This document shows positions 35,930-47,637 of a DNA stretch of 64,000 nucleotides, piece after piece (the first letter of the stretch is position 1; each line of letters opens with the position of its first letter). The stretch is from Eledone cirrhosa (taxonomy: Eukaryota): contig OZ024759.1 of NCBI GenBank assembly GCA_964016885.1, positions 3,534,001 to 3,598,000 on the forward strand, in the 5' to 3' direction. Both the position numbers and the translations under genes were made by a program. Below the pieces are notes generated by a model that was given only the letters and a program-made list of their open reading frames with translations, did not search any database and was not told where the DNA came from.

Positions 35930-38900
35930 AGTAATATGGTAATGAAAGGTTTAATGACATAGACAGTGTCTTTAAGTAGAAATATGGTAATGAAAGGGTT
36001 AATGATATAGACAGTGTCTTTAAGTAGAAATATGTAACGAAAGGATTAATGACATAGACAGTGTCTTTAAGTAGAGATATGTAATGAAAGGGTTAATGAC
36101 ATAGACAGTGTCTTTAAGTAGAGATATGGTAATGAAAGGGTTAATGACATAGACAGTGTCTTTAAGTAGAAATATGGTAATGAAAGGGTTAATGATATAG
36201 GTAGTGTCTTTAAGTAGAAATATGGTAATGAAAGGTTTAATGACATAGACGGTGTATTTAAGTAGAGATATGTAATGAAAGGTTTAATGACATAGACAGT
36301 GTCTTTAAGTAGAGATATGTAATGAAAGGATTAATGACATAGACGGTGTCTTTAAGTAGAGATATGTAATGAAAGGGTTAATGACATAGACAGTGTCTTT
36401 AAGTAGAAATATGTAATGAAAGGATTAATGACATAGACGGTGTCTTTAAGTAGAGATATGTAATGAAAGGGTTAATGACATAGACAGTGTCTTTAAGTAG
36501 AAATATGGTAATGAAAGGGTTAATGACATAGACAGTGTCTTTAAGTAGAGATATGTAATGAAAGGGTTAATGACATAGACAGTGTCTTTAAGTAGAAATA
36601 TGGCAATGAAAGGGTTAATGACATAGACAGTGTCTTTAAGTAGAGATATGTAATGAAAGGGTTAATGACATAGACAGTGTCTTTAAGTAGAAATATGGTA
36701 ATGAAAGGGTTAATGACATAGACAGTGTCTTTAAGTAGAGATATGTAATGAAAGGTTTAATGACATAGACAGTGTCTTTAAGTAGAGATATGTAATGAAA
36801 GTTTTAATGACATGTCTTTAAGTAGAAATATGGTAATGAAAGAGTTAATGACATAGACAGTGTCTTTCATTAGAAATATGGTAATGAAAGGGTTAATGAT
36901 ATAGACAGTGTCTTTCATTAGAAATATGGTAATGAAAGGGTTAATGATATAGACAGTGTCTTTCATTAGAAATATGGTAATGAAGGGGTTAATGACATAG
37001 ACTGTGTCTTTCATTAGAAATATGGTAATTAAAGGGTTAATGACATAGACAGTGTCTTTCATTAGAAATATGGTAATGAAAGGGTTAATCACATAGACGG
37101 TGTCTTTAAGTAGAGATATGTAATGAAAGGGTTAATGATATAGACAGTGTCTTTAAGTAGAGATATGTAATGAAAGGGTTAATGATATAGACAGTGTCTT
37201 TAAGTAGAGATATGGTAATGAAAGGGTTAATGACATAGACAGTGTCTTTAAGTAGAGATATGTAATGAAAGGATTAATGACATAGACGGTGTCTTTAAGT
37301 AGAGATATGTAATGAAAGGGTTAATGATATAGACAGTGTCTTTAAGTAGAGATATGGTAATGAAAGGGTTAATGACATAGACAGTGTCTTTAAGTAGAGA
37401 TATGTAATGAAAGGGTTAATGACATAGACAGTGTCTTTAAGTAGAAATATGGTAATGAAAGGGTTAATGACATAGACAGTGTCTTTAAGTAGAGATATGT
37501 AATGAAAGGGTTAATGATATAGACAGTGTCTTTAAGTAGAAATATGGTAATGAAAGGGTTAATGACATAGACAGTGTCTTTAAGTAGAGATATGTAATGA
37601 AAGTTTTAATGACATGTCTTTAAGTAGAAATATGGTAATGAAAGAGTTAATGACATAGACAGTGTCTTTCATTAGAAATATGGTAATGAAAGGGTTAATG
37701 ATATAGACAGTGTCTTTCATTAGAAATATGGTAATGAAAGGGGTAATGACATAGACAGTGTCTTTAAGTAGAAATATGGTAATGAAAGGATTAATGACAT
37801 AGACAGTGTCTTTCATTAGAAATATGGTAATGAAAGATTATATGATATAGACAGTGTCTTTAAGTAGAGATATGGTAATGAAAGGATTAATGACATAGAC
37901 AGTGTCTTTAAGTAGAAACTTGGTAATGAAAAGTTTAATGACATAGAGTCTATGTCATTAAGCCTTAATCCAAATATTCAATTACTTTCAATCAAGAAAC
38001 AAATGCAAATATCCGACTAACTTGAATTTTCCCTCGGATTTTAAAATTATTTTACGTATTTTTTCTATATTAGTTTTTTGAACTTAATATTATTATTTTT
38101 CTATTGTATTTCTTTATAATTATGTGAAGGCAAAAATATTTTATATTGTAACTTTTTATGTTAAATAATAAATGACTATAAAACTATACAAATTTTATAT
38201 ACTATATATTATAATAATTTCACAAAAGTCGCATTTATAGGTATATCAACTTATGCGGCCTCCTTTATTACTGCCTAATTTAAATGTGGCCTCTAATGGT
38301 AAAAAGGTTCCTCTCCTCTGACATAGACAGTGTCTTTCATTAGAAATATGGTAATGAAAGGGTTAATGACATAGACAGTGTCTTTAAGTAGAGATATGTA
38401 ATGAAAGGGTTAATGATATAGACAGTGTCTTTAAGTAGAAATATGGTAATGAAAGGGTTAATGACATAGACAGTGTCTTTAAGTAGAGATATGTAATGAA
38501 AGTTTTAATGACATGTCTTTAAGTAGAAATATGGTAATGAAAGAGTTAATGACATAGACAGTGTCTTTCATTAGAAATATGGTAATGAAAGGGTTAATGA
38601 TATAGACAGTGTCTTTCATTAGAAATATGGTAATGAAAGGGGTAATGACATACACAGTGTCTTTAAGTAGAAATATGGTAATGAAAGGATTAATGACATA
38701 GACAGTGTCTTTCATTAGAAATATGGTAATGAAAGATTAAATGATATAGACAGTGTCTTTAAGTAGAGATATGGTAATGAAAGGATTAATGACATAGACA
38801 GTGTCTTTAAGTAGAAACTTGGTAATGAAAAGTTTAATGACATAGAGTCTATGTCATTAAACCTTAATCCAAATATTCAATTACTTTCAAGCAAGAAACA

Positions 38901-39361
38901 AATGCAAATATCCGACTAACTTGAATTTTCCCTCGGATTTTAAAATTATTTTACGTATTTTTTCTATATTAGTTTTTTGAACTTAATATTATTATTTTTC
39001 TATTGTATTTCTTTATAATTATGTGAAGGCAAAAATATTTTATATTGTAACTTTTTATGTTAAATAATAAATGACTATAAAACTATACAAATTTTATATA
39101 CTATATATTATAATAATTTCACAAAAGTCGCATTTATAGGTATATCAACTTATGCGGCCTCCTTTATTACTGCCTAATTTAAATGTGGCCTCTAAAGGTA
39201 AAAAGGTTCCTCTCCTCTGACATAGACAGTGTCTTTCATTAGAAATATGGTAATGAAAGGGTTAATGACATAGACAGTGTCTTTCATTAGAAATATGGTA
39301 ATGAAAGGGTTAATGACATAGACAGTGTCTTTTATTAGAAATGTGGTAATGAAAGGGTTAA
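35930..39361. repeat. ~47-48-bp satellite made of MITE-terminus-like units, interrupted by two copies of an AT-rich insert (37945-38320, 38845-39219)
   Basis: Unit TGACATAGACAGTGTCTTTAAGTAGAAATATGGTAATGAAAGGGTTAA; 899-bp duplication offset (37580 vs 38479). Confidence 0.93.
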
Positions 39362-39377
39362 TTACTACACCATATAC

Positions 39378-39515
39378 CTGTCTGACAGTTGCTACCTTCA
39401 TAACCAGCAGCACATCCTCCACTAGAACACACACCTGTCTGTTTGTTACATTTACTGTTGTCAGCACAGTGACATGTGTTGCCACAGTTGGCTCCAAATT
39501 TACCTGATTTACAGA
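39378..39515 (-). CDS. EGF-repeat gene exon 1 (first seen in window; internal-type exon)
   Basis: tttccag|...|gtatat, 138 bp, phase 1-1; CKSGKFGANCGNTCHCADNSKCNKQTGVCSSGGCAAGYEGSNCQT. Confidence 0.9.
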
Positions 39516-39623
39516 CTGGAAATAAAATATGAGAACAATGACAATTATAACAACATTTACACTATACAAGATAATAAATATCACAATATTATATCATCTA
39601 TATTATAGTGTTGTCATCTATAC

Positions 39624-42600
39624 CAGAGGTCGGCATCCTTTTGGGGCGTGCGGGCCACATTGCTATGGAGTGTCACACAGGCAGGCCACATTTCTATGCA
39701 GTGTCTCACTGGCAGGCCACATTGTTACGAAGTGTCTTGTCAGTTGCTCACATTGTTATACAGTGTCTTGTCAGCAGGCCACATAGCTATGGAGTGTCTT
39801 GTCAGCAGGCCACATAGCTATGGAGTGTCTTGTCAGCAGGCCACATAGCTATGGAGTGCCTTGTCAGCAGGCCACATAGCTGTACAGTGTCTTGTCAGCA
39901 GGCCACATAGCTATGCAGTGTCTTGTCAGCATGCCACATTTCTATAGAGTGTCTTGTCAGCAGGCCACATAGCTATGGAGTGTCTTGTCAGCAGGCCACA
40001 TTGTTACGAAGTGTCTTGTCAGTTGCTCACATTGCAATACAGTGTCTTGTCAGCAGGCCACATAGCTATGGAGTGTCTCACCAGCAGGCCACATTGCTAT
40101 ACAGTGTCTTGTCAGCAGGCCACATAGCTATACAGTGTCTTGTCAGCAGGCCATATTGCTATGGAGTGTCTCACGAGCAGGCCACATAGCTATGGAGTGT
40201 CTTGTCAGCAGGCCACATTGCTATAGAGTGTCTTGTCAGCAGGCCACATAGCTATGGAGTGTCTCACCAGCAGGCCACATTGCTATGCAGTGTCTCACCA
40301 GCAGGCCACATAGCTATGTAGTGTCTTGTCAGCAGGCCACATAGCTATGCAGTGTCTCACCAGCAGGCCACATTGCTATGCAGTGTCTCACCAGCAGGCC
40401 ACATTGCTATGCAGTGTCTTGTCAGCAGGCCATATTGCTATGTAGTGTCTCACCAGCAGGCCACATAGCTATGTAGTGTCTCGTCAGCAGGCCACATAGC
40501 TATGGAGTGTCTTGTCGGCAGGCCACATAGCTATGCAGTGTCTCACCAGCAGGCCACATAGCTATGCAGTGTCTCACCAGCAGGCCACATAGCTATGGAG
40601 TGTCTCACCAGCAGGCCACATAGCTATGGAGTGTCTCACCAGCAGGCCACATTGCTATGCAGTTTCTCACCAGCAGGCCACATTGCTATGTAGTGTCTCA
40701 CCAGCAGGCCACATTGCTATGCAGTTTCTCACCAGCAGGCTACATAGCTATGTAGTGTCTCACCAGCAGGCCACATAGCTATGTAGTGTCTCACCAGCAG
40801 GCCACATAGCTATGTAGTGTCTCACCAGCAGGCCACATAGCTATGTAGTGTCTCGTCAGCAGGCCACATAGCTATGGAGTGTCTTGTCGGCAGGCCACAT
40901 AGCTATGGAGTGTCTCACCAGCAGGCCACATAGCTATGTAGTGTCTCGTCAGCAGGCCACATAGCTATGGAGTGTCTTGTCAGCAGGCCACATTGCTATA
41001 GAGTGTCTTGTCAGCAGGCCACATAGCTATGGAGTGTCTCACCAGCAGGCCACATTGCTATGCAGTGTCTCACCAGCAGGCCACATAGCTATGCAGTGTC
41101 TCACCAGCAGGCCACATAGCTATGCAGTGTCTCACCAGCAGGCCACATTGCTATGCAGTGTCTTGTCAGCAGGCCATATTGCTATGTAGTGTCTCACCAG
41201 CAGGCCACATAGCTATGTAGTGTCTCGTCAGCAGGCCACATAGCTATGGAGTGTCTTGTCGGCAGACCACATAGCTATGCAGTGTCTCACTAGCAGGCCA
41301 CATAGCTATGCAGTGTCTCACCAGCAGGCCACATTGCTATGTAGTGTCTCACCAGCAGGCCACATTGCTATGTAGTGTCTCACCAGCAGGCCACATTGCT
41401 ATGTAGTGTCTTGTCAGCAGGCCACATAGCTATGTAGTGTCTCGTCAACAGGCCACATAGCTATGTAGTGTCTCACCAGCAGGCCACATTGCTATGTAGT
41501 GTCTCACCAGCATGCCACATTGCTATGTAGTGTCTCACCAGCAGGCCACATTGCTATGTAGTGTCTTGTCAGCAGGCCACATAGCTATGTAGTGTCTCGT
41601 CAGCAGGCCACATAGCTATGGAGTGTCTTGTCGGCAGGCCACATAGCTATGGAGTGTCTCACCAGCAGGCCACATAGCTATGGAGTATCTCACCAGCAGG
41701 CCACATTGTTACGAAGTGTCTTGTCAGTTGCTCACATTGCAATACAGTGTCTTGTCAGCAGGCCACATAGCTATGGAGTGTCTTGTCAGCAGGCCACATA
41801 GCTATGGAGTGTCTCACCAGCAGGCCACATTGCTATACAGTGTCTTGTCAGCAGGCCACATAACTATGGAGTGTCTTGTCAGCAGGCCACATAGCTATGG
41901 AGTGTCTCACCAGCAGGCCACATTGCTATACAGTGTCTTGTCAGCAGGCCACATAGCTATACAGTGTCTTGTCAGCAGGCAATATTGCTATGGAGTGTCT
42001 CACCAGCAGGCCACATAGCTATGGAGTGTTTCACCAGCAGGCCACATAGCTATCGAGTGTTTCACCAGCGGGCCACATAGCTATCGAGTGTTTCACCAGC
42101 AGGCCACATAGCTATGCAGTGTCTTGTCAGCAGGCCACATACAGTGTCTTGTCAGCAGGCCATATTGCTATGCAGTGTCTTGTCAGCAGGCCACATTGCT
42201 ATAGAGTGTCTTGTCAGCAGGCCACATAGCCATGGAGTGTCTCACCAGCAGGCCACATTGCTATGCAGTGTCTCACCAGCATGCCACATAGCTATGTAGT
42301 GTCTTGTAAACAGGCCACATAGCTATGCAGTGTCTCACCAGCAGGCCACATAGCTATGCAGTGTCTCACCAGCAGGCCACATTGCTATGCAGTGTCTCAC
42401 CAGCAGGCCACATTGCTATGTAGTGTCTCACCAGCAGGCCACATTGCTATGTAGTGTCTCACCAGCAGGCCACATTGCTATTTAGTGTCTTGTCAGCAGG
42501 CCATATTGCTATGCAGTTTCTCACCAGCAGGCCACATAGCTATGTAGTGTCTTGTCAGCAGGCCACATAGCTATGCAGTGTCTCACCAGCAGGCCACATT

Positions 42601-43114
42601 GCTATGCAGTGTCTCACCAGCAGGCCACATTGCTATGCAGTGTCTTGTCAGCAGGCCATATTGCTATGTAGTGTCTCACCAGCAGGCCACATAGCTATGT
42701 AGTGTCTCGTCAGCAGGCCACATAGCTATGGAGTGTCTTGTCGGCAGGCCACATAGCTATGCAGTGTCTCACCAGCAGGCCACATAGCTATGCAGTGTCT
42801 CACCAGCAGGCCACATAGCTATGGAGTGTCTCACCAGCAGGCCACATAGCTATGGAGTGTCTCACCAGCAGGCCACATTGCTATGCAGTTTCTCACCAGC
42901 AGGCCACATTGCTATGCAGTTTCTCACCAGCAGGCTACATAGCTATGTAGTGTCTCACCAGCAGGCCACATAGCTATGTAGTGTCTCACCAGCAGGCCAC
43001 ATAGCTATGTAGTGTCTCACCAGCAGGCCACATAGCTATGTAGTGTCTCGTCAGCAGGCCACATAGCTATGGAGTGTCTTGTCGGCAGGCCACATAGCTA
43101 TGGAGTGTCTCACC
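39624..43114. repeat. 31-bp satellite (~110 copies) starting inside a hAT-type MITE left end
   Basis: CAGAGGTCGGCATCCTTTT..GCGGGCCACA at 39624 runs directly into the unit GCAGGCCACATAGCTATGGAGTGTCTTGTCA (variant ...TCTCACCA). Confidence 0.93.
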
Positions 43115-44526
43115 AGAATATAGAAGTTAGATGGAATGAGATGTGAAATGTATGTGATATACAATGTATGAGTTGTGAAATGTATGGGATGTGAAATGTA
43201 GGAATATGAAATGTAATGGGTGTGCAATGTAGGGATGTGAAATGTAGGGATGGGGAATGTAGGAGATGTGAAATGTAGGGATGAGGAATGTAGGGATGAG
43301 GAATGTAGGAGATGTGAAATGTAAGGATGTGAAATGTAGGGATGAGGAATGTAGGAGATGTGAAATGTAGGAGATGTGAAATGTAGGAGATGTGAAATGT
43401 AGTAGATATGAAATGTAAGAGATGTGAAATGTAAGAGATGTGAGATGTAAGAGATGTGAAATGTAAGGATGTGAAATGTAGGAGATGTGAAATGTAGGAG
43501 ATGTGAAACGTAGTAGATGTGAAATGTAGTAGATGTGAAATGTAAGAGATGTGAAATGTAAGAGATGTGAAATGTAAGATATGTGAAATGTAAGAGATGT
43601 GAAATGTAAGAGATATGAAATGTAAGAGATGTGAAATGTAGGAGATGTGAAATGTAGGAGATGTGAAATGAAAGGATGTGAAATGTAAGAGATGTGAAAT
43701 GTAGGAGATGTGAAATGTAAGAGATGTGAAATGTAGGAGATGTGAAATGTAGGATATGTGAACTGTAAGGATGTGAAATGTAAGATATGTGAAATGTAAG
43801 AGATGTGAAATGTAGGAGATGTGAAATGTAGGAGATGTGAAATGTAGGAGATGTGAAATGTAGGAGATGTGAAATGTAGGAGATGGAAATGTAAGGATGT
43901 GAAATGTAAGAGATGTGAAATGTAGGTGATGTGAAATGTAGGAGATGTGAAATGTAGGAGATGTGAAATGTAAGGATGTGAAATGTAAGAGATGTGAAAT
44001 GTAGATGTGAAATGTAAGAGATGTGAAATGTAGGAGATGTGAAATGTAGATGTGAAATGTAAGGGATGTGAAATGTAGGAGATGTGAAATGTAGGAGATG
44101 TGAAATGTAAGGATGTGAAAGGTAAGAGATGTGAAATGTAGGTGATGTGAAATGTAGGATATGTGAAATGTAAAGGTATGGATTGTATAATGTGAAATAT
44201 AGATGTGAATTGTGTGAGATGTGAAATGTAGAGAATGTACAAAAATAACAGTAAACATCAATAACAACAACAGCAACCATCATCAACAACAATAGTGGTG
44301 GTGGTGGTGGTGGTGGTGGTAATGGAGGTGGTGGTGGTAGTGGTGGTGCTGGTAGTGGAGGTGGTGGTGGTAGTGGTGGTGGTGGTCGATGTGGTGGTGG
44401 CGGTGGTGGCAGTGGTGGTGGTAGTGGTAGTGGTGGTGGTGGTGGTGGTAGTGGTGGTGGTGGTGGTGGTAGTGGTAGTGGTGGTAGTGGTGTGGTAGTG
44501 GTGGTGGTATTAGTGGTGGTGGTGGT

Positions 44527-44557
<31 letters not shown>

Positions 44558-46214
44558 GTAGTGGTGGTGGTGGTGGTAGTGGTGGTGGTGGTAGTGGTGG
44601 TAGTGGTGGTGGTGGTGGTAGTGGTGGTGGTGGTGGTAGTTGAGGTGGTGGTGGTAGTGGTGGTGGTGGTAGTAGAGGTGGTGGTGGTGGAGGTGGTGGT
44701 AGTGGAGGTGGTGGTGGTGGTGGTGGTGGTGGTAGTGGTGGTGGCGGTAGTGGTGGTGGTGGTGGTAGTGGTAGTGGTGGTGGAGGTGGTGGTAGTGGTG
44801 GAGGTGGTGGTGGTGTTAGTGGTGGTAGTGGTGGTGGTGGTAGTGGTGGTAGTGGTGGTGGTGGTAGTGGTGGTGGTGGTGGTGGTAGTGGTGGTGGTGA
44901 TGGTGGTGGTAGTGATGGTGGTGGTAGTGGTTGTAGTAATGGCAGTGGTGGTAGTGGTGGTGGTAATGGCAGTCGTGGTAGTGGAGGTGATGGTGATGGT
45001 GGTGGTGGTAGTGGTGGTGGTGGTCGATGTGGTGGTGGTGGTGGTGGCGGTAGTGATGGTGGTGGTAGCGGTTGTAGTAATGGCAGTGGTGGTAGTGGAG
45101 GTGGTGGTGATGGTGGTGGTGGTGGTGGTGGTGGTAGTGGTGGTGGTAGTGGTGGTGGTGGTGGTGGAGGTGGTGGTAGTGGAGGTGGTGGTGGTGGTGG
45201 TGGTGGTGGTAGTGGTGGTAGTGGTGGTAGTGGTGGTGGTAGTGGTGGTGGTGGTGGTGGTAGTGGTGGTGGTGGTAGTGGTGGTAGTGATGGTAGTGGT
45301 GGTGGTAGTGGTGGTGGTGGTGGTGGTGGTGGTAGTGGTGGTGGTGTTGGTAGTGGAGGTGGTGGTGGTAGTGGTGGTGGTGGTAGTAGAGGTGGTGGTG
45401 GTGGAGGTGGTGGTAGTGGAGGTGGTGGTGGTGGTGGTTGAGGTGGTAGTGGTGGTAGTGGTGGTGGTAGTGGTCGTGGTGGTGGTGGTGGTGGTAGTGG
45501 TAGTGGTAGTGGAGGTGGTGGTGGAGGTGGTGGTGGTGGTGGTAGTGGTGGTGGTGGTAGTGGTGGAGGTGGTGGTGGCGGTAGTGGTGGTGGTGGTGGT
45601 AGTGGTGGTAGTGGTGGTGGTAGTGGTGGAGGTGGTGGTGGTGATGGAGGTGGTGGTGGTGTTAGTGGTGGTAGTGGTGGTGGTGGTAGTGGTGGTGGTG
45701 GTAGTGGTGGTAGTGGTGGTGGTGGTGGTGGTGGTAGTGGTGGTGGTGGTGGTAGTGGTGGTGGTGGTAGTGGTAGTGGTGGTGGTGGTAGTGGTGGTGG
45801 TGATGGTGGTGGTAGTGATGGTGGTGGTAGTGGTTGTAGTAATGGCAGTGGTGGTAGTGGTGGTGGTAATGGCAGTGGTGGTAGTTGAGGTGATGGTGAT
45901 GGTGGTGGTGGTAGTGGTGGTGGTGGTCGATGTGGTGGTGGTGGTGGTGGCGGTAGTGATGGTGGTGGTAGTGGTTGTAGTAATGGCAGTGGTGGTAGTG
46001 GAGGTGGTGGTGATGGTGGTGGTGGTGGTGGTAGTGGTGGTGGTAGTGGTGGTGGTGGTGGTGGTAGTGGTGGTAGTGGTGGTGGTAGTACAGAGTATGG
46101 TGGTGGTGGTGGTGGTGGTTGGTGGTGGTTGTGGAGGTGGTGGGGTTGTGGTGGTGGTTGCAGTGGGAGTTGTGGTGGTTGATAGTGATGTTGGGTAGTG
46201 GTTGCGGTTGTGGT
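43115..46214. repeat. Direct duplicate of 26127-28419 (16-bp satellite + GGT microsatellite), with a longer GGT tract
   Basis: Identical unique linkers AGAATATAGAAGTTAGATGG, AAAATAACAGTAAACATCAATAAC and GTACAGAGTATGG...GATAGTGATGTTGGG. Confidence 0.95.
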
Positions 46215-46862
46215 AGGTATGTGTGTGCACGCGTTATATACGTATTTACGTGTGTATATTTATATACGTTTATATAATTATATGTATACACGCACACACA
46301 CACATATATATATATATTTTTTATATATATTTTTATGTGTATTTGGTGTATACGTTCGTATGTGTGCGGGTACAGGTGTTGTGTGGGTTCTGTATGTGCA
46401 TGGGGTTTTTTTTTTTGTGTACCTGCTTGTATTTGCATACCCATGGCGGGTGTTTTTGCATATGCATGTGTATGTACGTATTTGGATGCGTGCATGTATA
46501 TATTTAATTTTTGTTGATTCCTCTAATTTATTTACATTATTCTTAACTCTGAAACCGAGAATCATTCGGTTTCCTAAATAAAATTTTAGTCTACGACTTC
46601 AGTTATACCATTTACGTGGTTTTTTCTTTGCGTGCAATTGTTCTCAGTGCTCCTCATAATGACGTATTATCTTCGTTTTTTCCGTTCATTGCCAGAGAAC
46701 GTCTCCACGAACCACCTAATAGAATATTAGTCTACGACTTCATTTATACCATAAACATGGTTTTGTCTGTGCATGTAATTTTTCTCACCACTCCAAATAA
46801 TGACGTATTATCTTCGTTTTTTCTGTTCTTTGCCAGGGAACGTTTCCATGAACCAAAGTATC
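46212..46862. repeat. Dispersed repeat homologous to 884-1385, with an internal ~143-bp tandem duplication
   Basis: 46573-46712 is repeated at 46716-46860. Confidence 0.65.
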
Positions 46863-47000
46863 GTCTTCCTGTCTTCTTTCAGTTGCAACGTTTTTCGAAA
46901 TATTTACTTCTGCGTTCACAGATTGATTTTTTTAGTTTCAGAAGATCCTGTTAGGGGTGAAAGCAGCGATTCTTTGCTTAAACTTTAATCTGTTATTTTA

Positions 47001-47047
<47 letters not shown>

Positions 47048-47054
47048 AGTTGAA

Positions 47055-47161
47055 ATAAAATGAAAACGAAATTTCATTTCTCACTCTTAGTACGGCACTT
47101 ACTTAAATGTAAGTATGTGTGTATACGTACATACATATATGTATACAGACGTACAGTAGCA

Positions 47162-47225
<64 letters not shown>

Positions 47226-47472
47226 TATACATGCACGTATCAGTTTAGCGGACGCTTATTATAACGCCGCTTTGTTCATTTGTAAACAAACTGAACAGCC
47301 TGAATTTTATCCCGTATGGTGTTAAGGCAACCACGTCACCTTTTTGTTCAACACTGCCTTAACACCATACGGCATAAAATTCAGGCTGTTCAGTTTGTTT
47401 ACAAATGAACAAAGCGGCGTTATAATAAGCGTCCGCTAAACTGATACGTGCATATATGTATGTGTACCTGTA

Positions 47473-47511
<39 letters not shown>

Positions 47512-47570
47512 GCATGCTACTGTACGTCGGTATACATATATGTATGTACGTATACACACATACTTACATA
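47055..47570. repeat. Foldback/palindromic element, same family as 12943-13978
   Basis: Arms ~47110-47325 and ~47358-47570 are reverse complements; the spacer GGCAACCACGTCACCTTTTTGTTCAACACTG is shared with the 13-kb copy. Confidence 0.88.
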
Positions 47571-47637
47571 TATATATATATATTTATATATATAATAGTA
47601 TAACACTAGTTATATCCGTAGTAGTAGAACACTCAGT

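Noticed and set aside
29996-43114. CRISPR-like appearance of regular repeat arrays
   Set aside because: The units are contiguous with no unique spacers, there are no cas genes, and the context is eukaryotic.
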